This document shows positions 15,932-24,644 of a stretch of 38,625 nucleotides of DNA, piece by piece. The position numbers were made by a program, and so were the translations under genes. Origin of the DNA: a virus (lineage: Duplodnaviria; Caudoviricetes); the IMG/VR virus record IMGVR_UViG_3300032217_000636, positions 1 through 38,625 of that record; one strand, 5' to 3'. Each line of letters opens with the position of its first letter. Position 1 is the first letter of the stretch. The notes under the pieces were generated by a model. The model was not told where the DNA came from. It was given only the letters and a program-made list of their open reading frames with translations, and searched no databases.

Positions 15932-17500
15932 TTAAGATTGTTCTTCTTCGGATTCAATGGAAAATGGTGAAACGCCGTATTCTTCAATTTTGGCTATTTG
16001 TTGTTTAGCCATTTCTACAGGACCTACGTTAAACTTTATACCGTAACCTTCTATGGTTTCACCTGCTTCTTTAACCATCTCAATAGCATCTTCTAACGTA
16101 TCTCCCCATCCTACAACTGCACCAATCTCTATCATTTCGTCATCTTGTGGTACAATGTAATAATTATTATCTACTTTTACTGCGTTAAATAACTTGATGT
16201 TTCTGCGATATTTAGGATCAAAACTGATCTGCTGCCAGTTCTTTTCAGCCCATGCAGATTTAAGAATAACTTCTACGCCAAATTTACCTGCTGGTATAGG
16301 CTCAACTACAACGCCATTAGAGCCATGCCAAATAATTTCTGATAAGTTAGTATAAAGTTCGCAATAAAGTTCGTTAGGTGGGCAAGGAGCACGACAAGTA
16401 GCGTCTATCATGTAAGGCTCTTTATCCTTACCTATACGTATTTCGTTGCTAAGAAAGCCTCTGTAACCTGCACGCCCCATGTACTTTGCCATTGTATTAG
16501 TCCAGCGTGTAATAGGTTCTGGTATAGATTTGTATGGCATCATTTCGCCTACGTAGCCTAAGTCTTTTACTTCTATACCACATAACGTGTTCTTAGGGTA
16601 TTTACCGTCTATGCAATAGCAGTCTAACCCAACTTCTACGCAGTCTGGCAAATCATCTTCTACTATAAATTCTAACACTTCTTGAAACGCACCTAGCTTG
16701 GCTGCTATTTCATCTAACTTTGGTGCTACTATATCGTAACGTGGTGCAAAGAAAGATTCTGTTACGCCACGCCATTTATTTATCTTAACGTGTTGGTTCT
16801 CGTGTGCTTGCAAATATTCACGCAAGGCTTTCATGCCAGTCATCATTTTCCAAGGTTGTACTGGCAAACCTTCTTTTTCCATTAGTTCTTTAGTAACATC
16901 ACGATATATTTCTAACTCCTCACCGTAACGTGCTCCCCACACACGTTTACCCATCTTTTCTAACTGCACTTGTAATGCTGCATGACCTAGATCTGGAAAC
17001 ACGTACAAATCTATTTCATCGTACTTGTCCCACATATTATCAACTAACTCTATATCTTCTAAACCATAGCCTACCATGCCATGATTCATAGTAGGAAACG
17101 AACCGCTTACAGGAACGTACAAATAGACTTTTTTAAAGTCTCGTGCAAGTCGTGTAGCCATATCCACGAAAAGCGGATTGCAAACAAACAAAACAGTCTT
17201 TGTAGATACATCATCGTCTTTTGTATTTTCATCTGTAGATTCATTACTGTGTGCAGGACCTTTGTCACCAGGATAATCATCCATCATAGTCATGTGACTA
17301 TGCAATTCTTCACTGCCTTCATCATCCATAAGTTGTCCCGACTCACGAGCAACTTGCATACCTTCTACACGATCTACAAACGATCCATCGTTTAATAAAA
17401 AACCACGTTCACCATCTACACCTGTATCATCGTGTACACGTCCTAAATGCAATTTACCTTCTGCATCTTTAACTGCTGCTGATTTAATCCGTCGCTTCAT
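15932..17500 (-). CDS. PurD-like ATP-grasp ligase with extra N-terminal domain
   Basis: VWGA..EELE..R...KELM...GLP, HVKI, FIVED, VEVG, GYRGFL, IDATCRAPCP (compare PurD EFNCRFGDP). GGAGG RBS precedes ATG 17500. Confidence 0.8.
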   Translation of the reverse strand: MKRRIKSAAVKDAEGKLHLGRVHDDTGVDGERGFLLNDGSFVDRVEGMQVARESGQLMDDEGSEELHSHMTMMDDYPGDKGPAHSNESTDENTKDDDVSTKTVLFVCNPLFVDMATRLARDFKKVYLYVPVSGSFPTMNHGMVGYGLEDIELVDNMWDKYDEIDLYVFPDLGHAALQVQLEKMGKRVWGARYGEELEIYRDVTKELMEKEGLPVQPWKMMTGMKALREYLQAHENQHVKINKWRGVTESFFAPRYDIVAPKLDEIAAKLGAFQEVLEFIVEDDLPDCVEVGLDCYCIDGKYPKNTLCGIEVKDLGYVGEMMPYKSIPEPITRWTNTMAKYMGRAGYRGFLSNEIRIGKDKEPYMIDATCRAPCPPNELYCELYTNLSEIIWHGSNGVVVEPIPAGKFGVEVILKSAWAEKNWQQISFDPKYRRNIKLFNAVKVDNNYYIVPQDDEMIEIGAVVGWGDTLEDAIEMVKEAGETIEGYGIKFNVGPVEMAKQQIAKIEEYGVSPFSIESEEEQS

Positions 17501-17630
17501 TATAATCCTCCCATTCTGTATCAGATGATGTATCTGGCTCGTCATCTAATTTAGGTATAAGACAACCTTTACGACCTGTTTCAGCAGCGTCCATATTGGA
17601 TTCTATTTCATCTGGAAATGGGCTACTCAT
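17484..17630 (-). CDS. Acidic 48-aa peptide
   Basis: MSSPFPDEIESNMDAAETGRKGCLIPKLDDEPDTSSDTEWEDYNEATD. ATGA overlap with upstream stop; overlaps the ATP-grasp start. Confidence 0.55.
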   Translation of the reverse strand: MSSPFPDEIESNMDAAETGRKGCLIPKLDDEPDTSSDTEWEDYNEATD

Positions 17631-20600
17631 GGTTTATCAGGTACTTTAATTTGTCCGTTTTGTCTAAATTTACTGTATATATCTCTAGTAGGGCTAGGTA
17701 CATATTCTCTTGGTTGATACTCTATGTTGTTATCTTTAGCGTATTTATCCAATAAGAATAAAAACTTACCATACATAGCTTCACGCATAAACTGTGCTTT
17801 AAGAACCTTGTATTGATTTTTGGGACTTAAACTTGCAATAAAAGCTGCATCACCTTTAGCACTGCCAGTCCAAAGATGTGTTAATGATGCCTGTAATGAA
17901 CGTTCAAGTTTCTTTACTTCATCACTATTCTTAGGACCTATTTTATTAATTTCAGTTAAAACTCTATCATCGCTTTTATCTTCCAAAGCATAACGTATTT
18001 GTTGATATGGGCTAACAGGGTAAACGCCTGTATCATCTTTCTTTTTAAGCGGATCACCTTCTGGTAATGAATCATTCCATTCTTTTTTAATTTTATAGGC
18101 ATCACTTATATCTGATACACGTCCAACTTGTAAACCTTGTGAAGATAAAAATTGATCAAATATAGATACCTCTCGTGCTTTTTGCGTAGGGCTTATATAA
18201 TCGTTTAGCGTTTTAACACCAGGCAACCAACGGAAAGATAATGGTATAACTTTAGCTGCAAAATCTCTTAAGCTTTCTGTTACAGTTTCTGCTTCGCCAC
18301 GATAATTTCTGCCAGTAAACATATCTACAGCAGTACCAACTACAGGCGATGTACGACCAGATATATATCTACGTGTGCTTTTTATAGCACGCCATAGATC
18401 TTCTGCTTCATTTCTCATGGTGTAAGATTTGCCGTCGTGTATAACACCAAACGGTTCTTCCCAATGATAATCATCATCTACTGCTTTATTTAATACACGA
18501 GCAGCTACATACATACCAACTGCTGTAACTAAAAATGCTTTTAATGGTTCACGTCCAACTTTAGAACCTGTGAAACCTACTGCAACTTGTCCGTAATTAC
18601 GTAAATTGGATTCAAAAAAATCAGGAGCTAAAGCAACAAAACTATACAAATGTTGCATAGTAGGATTGCGTCCCATATCTGCGTAATTTAATTCACCAAA
18701 CCTTGCATTGACTTGTTTTGCTGCGAGATACTCTGCATCAGCACGAGTAACTTCACCACGACTTATTTCATCTTTTAATAAATTTAAATTACGTTCACGT
18801 AATGCCAACCAAGTAGAATATTTTAATTTAGGTATTACTTCTTTAAAAGTCCAATCAGATACTGTTTTGTTTATATCTCTAATTACTGGAATTTTATCTG
18901 TTAAACTTCTACCACCCCCTAAACCTTCTTGAAACATTGCTGCTGCATCGTGATCACCATATAGCATTAGTGAAGATTTAACTGCACGCTGTACCATAGG
19001 ATCATCGTAACTAATTTCTTTAAGATTAAATATATTGACTTGATTTCCCGCAGCACGTTTAACTTCGTGTACTATGTGGAATGTAGGTATGCCTGATAAC
19101 ATAGTGTTACCTAAAGTTTTGTTTGCTGTATCTACAAACTTAACTGCACCTTTACCTAATTTACCTACAGGACTGCCGGGTTGATCGTACCATTCCCTAA
19201 TGGCAGATTTACCTAAAACATTACGTAAATGCGATGCAATATCTTCATGTAACTTTATGTTACGCAAAGATGGATGATCTACAGTTTGATAAGAGCCTGT
19301 TTCTTCATCTGGTATTTTACCTGAGTATGCTAACTTTTGGCCTTGATCGTTTACTTCGTTTTTCAAGGCTTCAATCATTTTTCTAGTCTCTATAGCTTTG
19401 GTAAGAGAATTAGAATAAGCACCTATAATTTCGCCAATATCTTTAGTCTTAACACTAAAGTCTGCTGCTTCTAATTCACCGAAATTTGGAAATGTACGTT
19501 CTTTGCTATATTGAAATACAGTAGATAATTTGCCAAAAAATTTAGAAGCAACGCCACCGCCCACGTAAGGACGATCAATTAATTGTGTAACGTAATTTTC
19601 TCTAAATTGTTCGTCTTTTAATATGCCAGCTTTGTTACCACGTTCAAATTCGTCATCAAAATATTTCTTAATATTTTGTGCTAATTGTAATTGTTCTGGT
19701 GTTAATTTAAGTGCTGCTTCGTAACCACGTTTTAAACCTGCTTTATTTGTCGCACCTAAGCGTTTGTTTAATTCCGCATTATCACCGCCAGCATCTATCC
19801 AATTAGCTATACCTTCACGTATAACTTTTTCTGGTGCTAAACGTTTAACTTCTTTTAAAAAGTTTTCTAACTGCATAGACGCTAATTGTCTATTGCCAGT
19901 CCATTCATTTATAATCTTTTTAAATCCCTCTAATTTTGGTACTGCCCTAGCAAAGTTCCATGCGTTTGCTACTGAATCAGCAGCATCTGCAATAAATTTA
20001 CTTACGCCTGGAAATTGTGATATGCCTAAACGTTGATCACTTTTTTTAAGTTGATCTAATAAACTTTGTTTTTCTGGGCTACCTATTTTTTTTAAATCTT
20101 GTGCTGCTTGATCTGAAGGCAAATTAGACACCGTGTCTTGTGCTAATTTAAATGCCATTTCATGTGAATCTGCCGTACCTACTAATTCACCTGTAGGTTT
20201 AAATACATTAAATCGTCCATCACCTGTAGCAGTAATTTTTACTTTTTGTAATGGTGCGTCAGGACTTTTAAGATCTTCCATCTTGGAATTAAGATCTTTT
20301 ATAAAACCAGATACATCACCTATATCTTTAAATTTAGGATAATTCTTTTGTAATATGTTTACTTGTTCAGACACGCTTTTTGCTGCTGACATCTTAGCAA
20401 TAGTATCATCTGTAACGCCTAAACCTTTTAACGCATCTGTGTTTTTAAGTAATTCTCTGCCATACGCAGGATCTCTAAAACTAGCAGCACCTGTGCCTAA
20501 CAAAATAAACGGCAACATCATTACTGCGGTTTCTGGTGCAGCGTCTTTTATCTTTTTAAATTCATCTGACCAATCTATACCTTTTATGTTACTATCAAAT

Positions 20601-21919
20601 TTACTAGCAGCCCATTGAAACGTAGGTTCTACTAATTGTTGTGCAGTTGTAACAGCACCTAATGCACCAACTTCTACAGCAAAATTAGCTGCAAGCCTAC
20701 CGCTAGTGCTGCCTATATTTGTAAGTAAATTACTTAAACCAGGTATCTTACCTTCAATAAAATTTCTGCTAACAAATTGTAAAGCAGTGTCAGGTACGGC
20801 AGCAGCAGCACCTACTAAAGCAGCTTTATCACTGTCCATACCTGCTTCACGCAATCTACGAGAATTAGCACCTGTGCTTGCAGAATAAGCTAAAGCTATA
20901 CCTCCAGCATTAGATAATGCTGCGATTCTAGGCAACATATCGGCAGATTTTAAAACTGCTTCACCAATAAAATTAGATGATTTTGCAGGATCTACTTTGC
21001 CAGTAAGTACATCTTGTATCTCATTTTTAATATCGTTTTCTTTATCTTGTTCAGTGTATGCTTTGCTTATATCAGACTTAGGGTCTAACGCTTCTGGCAT
21101 AGCTACTGGTGCAAACAATCTAGATAATTGCCCAAATCCTTCAGCAGCATCTATGCCTAATTGTCCTATGCCACGTTCTAAACGTTCTGCTATTTTTTGT
21201 TCAAATCCTTTCTGTTGTGGTTGTGTACCACGAGACGCAACAGACATAACAAAAGGTCTATCTTCTTTTGGTATATCTTTTAAAGAAGTTATTGCTTGTT
21301 CGTATGCTGCTTCTGCTTCTGCTTCTTTATTAGGAGCAACACCATTCCTAGCTAAATCAAAATAACGTTTTAGTGGATCTATTGCAGTGCCGTATTTTTG
21401 TGCATGGTCTTGATACTTCTTCCACACGTCCGTAGCAAATTGTTGATATTTATCTACGTGCTGTGGATCATAACCATCGTGGCCTTCTAGCATTTTCTGT
21501 TGTGCAGCATAAGCATCAGAAAAATTAGTTGTTTTAGTAAATTGATCTGCGATGCCATGAGCCATCTCATTGAGCATCATATTCTCATTTTTTTCTTTCT
21601 TTAAATGTGTTTTAGCTAAACCCTTAAAAGTTTCCGTATCTACGTGATCCATTTTAAACACTTGTTTAGCATAAGCGTCTTGGTAAAAACCCAAATGATC
21701 AGATATTTCTTGTACTGGTTTGTTTGTACGATCAGCTAAAAACGAGGTAACAGCTATACGACTTTGCAACAATCTAGGCATACCAGATTGCGATAAATTT
21801 TGTTTAATTCTATCTCTATCATCTGCTGGTAATTTTGCAGCAAATTGATCGCCTTCTTCAAAAAGGCTATCCATGTTTTGCTTGTAAGAATCTGGTAAAT
21901 CAGTTCCGTTCGTCATCAT
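17627..21919 (-). CDS. Large internal virion (ejection) protein
   Basis: 1430 aa, helical, third of three ORFs after tail tube B (position of T7 gp16). Confidence 0.8.
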   Translation of the reverse strand: MMTNGTDLPDSYKQNMDSLFEEGDQFAAKLPADDRDRIKQNLSQSGMPRLLQSRIAVTSFLADRTNKPVQEISDHLGFYQDAYAKQVFKMDHVDTETFKGLAKTHLKKEKNENMMLNEMAHGIADQFTKTTNFSDAYAAQQKMLEGHDGYDPQHVDKYQQFATDVWKKYQDHAQKYGTAIDPLKRYFDLARNGVAPNKEAEAEAAYEQAITSLKDIPKEDRPFVMSVASRGTQPQQKGFEQKIAERLERGIGQLGIDAAEGFGQLSRLFAPVAMPEALDPKSDISKAYTEQDKENDIKNEIQDVLTGKVDPAKSSNFIGEAVLKSADMLPRIAALSNAGGIALAYSASTGANSRRLREAGMDSDKAALVGAAAAVPDTALQFVSRNFIEGKIPGLSNLLTNIGSTSGRLAANFAVEVGALGAVTTAQQLVEPTFQWAASKFDSNIKGIDWSDEFKKIKDAAPETAVMMLPFILLGTGAASFRDPAYGRELLKNTDALKGLGVTDDTIAKMSAAKSVSEQVNILQKNYPKFKDIGDVSGFIKDLNSKMEDLKSPDAPLQKVKITATGDGRFNVFKPTGELVGTADSHEMAFKLAQDTVSNLPSDQAAQDLKKIGSPEKQSLLDQLKKSDQRLGISQFPGVSKFIADAADSVANAWNFARAVPKLEGFKKIINEWTGNRQLASMQLENFLKEVKRLAPEKVIREGIANWIDAGGDNAELNKRLGATNKAGLKRGYEAALKLTPEQLQLAQNIKKYFDDEFERGNKAGILKDEQFRENYVTQLIDRPYVGGGVASKFFGKLSTVFQYSKERTFPNFGELEAADFSVKTKDIGEIIGAYSNSLTKAIETRKMIEALKNEVNDQGQKLAYSGKIPDEETGSYQTVDHPSLRNIKLHEDIASHLRNVLGKSAIREWYDQPGSPVGKLGKGAVKFVDTANKTLGNTMLSGIPTFHIVHEVKRAAGNQVNIFNLKEISYDDPMVQRAVKSSLMLYGDHDAAAMFQEGLGGGRSLTDKIPVIRDINKTVSDWTFKEVIPKLKYSTWLALRERNLNLLKDEISRGEVTRADAEYLAAKQVNARFGELNYADMGRNPTMQHLYSFVALAPDFFESNLRNYGQVAVGFTGSKVGREPLKAFLVTAVGMYVAARVLNKAVDDDYHWEEPFGVIHDGKSYTMRNEAEDLWRAIKSTRRYISGRTSPVVGTAVDMFTGRNYRGEAETVTESLRDFAAKVIPLSFRWLPGVKTLNDYISPTQKAREVSIFDQFLSSQGLQVGRVSDISDAYKIKKEWNDSLPEGDPLKKKDDTGVYPVSPYQQIRYALEDKSDDRVLTEINKIGPKNSDEVKKLERSLQASLTHLWTGSAKGDAAFIASLSPKNQYKVLKAQFMREAMYGKFLFLLDKYAKDNNIEYQPREYVPSPTRDIYSKFRQNGQIKVPDKP

Positions 21920-23660
21920 AACCTTTTATTTCTACGGAATCTTTTTTATTATATTTCCCAGCAGCATAATCTTGATGTAATTGCTCTGCGTATTTATCAG
22001 CTTCTTCTACAGTATCAAATTTACCTAGATATTTACCTGTAGCTTTATAGTAATCTAAGACTTCTTTATCAGTCTTTAAAAACTTACCTTCTGGTGTAAC
22101 ACTACTTAACAAAACTTCTTTTCCGTTAATACCAAAAGATTTTGAAAAAACAGTGCTAGTTTCACCAGTAATAGGATTAAATACTTTAGGTTGTTTATAT
22201 AAATCTATATTGCCAGGAATATAATTTATACTATTCGTTTCTTCTGCAGAATCTTGTTTGATAATTCTGTTTGTATTTTTACTTATAGGTAAGATAGATT
22301 GTACAGTAGCAGGTGATGCAGCTTGTGAATCAACAAAGTCTATTTGATCTTGTACGCTAGCATTAGGATTTTGCTTTAAATATTGTTTTAAGTTTGCACC
22401 AATAGTGACAAGTGCTTTAGCAGCATTTCTAGCTTGTGCTTCATTTGCAGGTGTACCTGGTCTAACTCTAGACATTGAAATATTGCCAAGCAGTCCCTTT
22501 TGATAAATAGTGCTAATATATTTTTCAGCAGCAGATCCGCTTTCTGTAGAATCTGGTTTTTCGTTATATCTTTTATTTAATTGCTGCTTAAGAAATTGTT
22601 GTTCACCTGCGGAATAGCCAAGCAACTGTGTACTTAAATATGCAAATTGTTCATTTTTAGGATCGTCTTGCCTATTATATTGATTAATTGCAGTAAGAAA
22701 ATTAGCGTATTTTAATTCGTGATTAGGGTCTGGTGTTAAACGATTACGTTCTTGTTTAATGTATTTAGCTTCACTTGCTTTTATTACTTTTGTTTTAACT
22801 AAACCGTCTATTTCTTTATCACCAATAATTTCACCTGATTGCATACGTGCCATTAAACTATCTGTTTGTTGTACACGATATTTATTAGCAGCTATTTCTG
22901 CTTTGTTAATTAATTGTATTCTGTCAGATGGCGACATTTCGGGTAAATTTTTATAAACATACAAACCGTCTTTGTCTTTAATTGTATCACCATTTTTGTC
23001 TTTTAAAGTCTCGTTTAAATAATCAACGCTTTCTATAGGTTGTTGATTTATGCGAGCATCAGTTATATTTCTGTATGCATCAGTTTTAATACTTTCAAAT
23101 TCTGATTCTTTTTGTTCTGCGGTTAAAGCATGGTGATCTACTGCATAATTTAATGCAGCTTCCGCAGAATTAATATCACCTTTGTTTGCATAACTTTGTG
23201 CCACAGTTAATGCGTGCAATTTGGTGTTACTTGCTTGTTGTAGTAATTGACCCATTTTTACTTCACCGCCTGTCTGAGCACCCCACAAATCAAGTTTGTT
23301 ATTTAATAACTTTCTTGTTTCATTATCTATGTTGGGATCTGCAATAACTTGGTTTTTAGTAGCAACAACCATTTGTTCATGCTGATTTTCCCATTCATTA
23401 GAATCGGGCATATTTTTAAGCTGTGCCCTAAAATTATCCATGTTTTTAGTCATGGCTAAATCTGCTTTAAATACAGCGTCTGCTTGTCTGTTTTCTTTTA
23501 TCTTTTGACCTACTTGTGAAAACAAATCACTTGCTGCTGCACCTGCACCTGCAAGCAATCTACCAGATGACATTGCAGCTTCACGAAATGGACCTGCGTC
23601 AATTTTAACACCTGCTGTTGGTGTTTGGATTTCAGAACCTGGTACAATAGGTAAAGCCAT
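21900..23660 (-). CDS. Internal virion protein
   Basis: 586 aa helical protein in the T7 gp15 position, with a distinct C-terminal GNIDL...LGKFDT.EEA..YAE.LH domain. Confidence 0.8.
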   Translation of the reverse strand: MALPIVPGSEIQTPTAGVKIDAGPFREAAMSSGRLLAGAGAAASDLFSQVGQKIKENRQADAVFKADLAMTKNMDNFRAQLKNMPDSNEWENQHEQMVVATKNQVIADPNIDNETRKLLNNKLDLWGAQTGGEVKMGQLLQQASNTKLHALTVAQSYANKGDINSAEAALNYAVDHHALTAEQKESEFESIKTDAYRNITDARINQQPIESVDYLNETLKDKNGDTIKDKDGLYVYKNLPEMSPSDRIQLINKAEIAANKYRVQQTDSLMARMQSGEIIGDKEIDGLVKTKVIKASEAKYIKQERNRLTPDPNHELKYANFLTAINQYNRQDDPKNEQFAYLSTQLLGYSAGEQQFLKQQLNKRYNEKPDSTESGSAAEKYISTIYQKGLLGNISMSRVRPGTPANEAQARNAAKALVTIGANLKQYLKQNPNASVQDQIDFVDSQAASPATVQSILPISKNTNRIIKQDSAEETNSINYIPGNIDLYKQPKVFNPITGETSTVFSKSFGINGKEVLLSSVTPEGKFLKTDKEVLDYYKATGKYLGKFDTVEEADKYAEQLHQDYAAGKYNKKDSVEIKGYDDERN

Positions 23661-23664
23661 AATA

Positions 23665-24243
23665 TTAAGGTGTCATCGTTTCCATTGCACTATATGCTTC
23701 TGCGGAATCTGGTACGCCACTTGCACCAGCAACGCTACCACCTAAACCGCTACCAAAAGCCATAAATGCCATACCTGCCATTTTAGCTGCACCGTCTATT
23801 AATGCTAAATTGCCAGCGTTACGATCGGCTTTTGCACGAGCTTGTCCTTCTGTAATACCAAGCGTAGCTTGTGAATATAATGATTGCTGACGCTGTTGCG
23901 AATTAACGTATTCTTGTTGTATCTTTTGTTCCATGCGACCTGCATTAACAATTTGTGCGTGCAAGGGGGAAGCCGATGTAGATAAAACACCTGCTGCTGC
24001 GTATGAAGCTGCTTGGTCTGAAAGATATACTGCGTTTTCTTGACGCTGCGTGCGTATGTTTTGTAACGTATCTAAATCAATTTGCTTTGCTTGGACACGA
24101 TCTACTTGTGCATTATGTTCAGCAGTGGCTATATCTACGGCAGCAGCAGACCTACTGGCCTTATATTGACCGTAAGCCCCTACACCTGTTGCTACGGCAG
24201 AAGCTCCTGCAAATATTGCTGGTAGTGCTGGTGCTATAGGCAT
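23665..24243 (-). CDS. Internal virion protein (T7 gp14-like position)
   Basis: Ala/Gly-rich hydrophobic ends, Gln-rich coiled coil, AAAGV..S.SPL motif. Confidence 0.8.
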   Translation of the reverse strand: MPIAPALPAIFAGASAVATGVGAYGQYKASRSAAAVDIATAEHNAQVDRVQAKQIDLDTLQNIRTQRQENAVYLSDQAASYAAAGVLSTSASPLHAQIVNAGRMEQKIQQEYVNSQQRQQSLYSQATLGITEGQARAKADRNAGNLALIDGAAKMAGMAFMAFGSGLGGSVAGASGVPDSAEAYSAMETMTP

Positions 24244-24644
24244 GGGTTACTCTTTCCGTAAGTTACGTGAGGTTCACCTTGTAAATCTTGATAACTTGTT
24301 TTAGCCATAATTCTAGCTTCACCAGAATTAGGTTTAACAAATGACAATACACAGGGACTAGCGTTGTCCCATGCTATTTGCTCTAAATGCGAATATAATA
24401 ATTTAACTGCGTTTACTAAATTTTTAGATAGTTTATCTACAGGATTAGTTGTAGTAAATTCAATTACTGAAATGCCACCTATGCAACAGTACAGAAAAGA
24501 TGCAGCTATTGGATGTTCGTTAATTTCTACTATTGCACCTGTAGCTGGTAAAAACACTTCTGCTGGCATAACCGCAGCACCATGTATTTCCCACCATGAT
24601 CGTATCATGTTATAATCTTCTGATTTATAAGGTCTAATAATCAT
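24234..24644 (-). CDS. GNAT-fold-like protein (T7 gp13-like position)
   Basis: MIIRPYKSEDY start and strand/helix pattern. Lies between tube B and the internal proteins. Confidence 0.65.
   Translation of the reverse strand: MIIRPYKSEDYNMIRSWWEIHGAAVMPAEVFLPATGAIVEINEHPIAASFLYCCIGGISVIEFTTTNPVDKLSKNLVNAVKLLYSHLEQIAWDNASPCVLSFVKPNSGEARIMAKTSYQDLQGEPHVTYGKSNPCL

Noticed and set aside
15932-17500. Calling the gene purD (auxiliary metabolic gene)
   Set aside because: Lacks the PurD N-terminal GSGGREH motif, has an altered EFN.RFGDP site and has no purine-pathway context.
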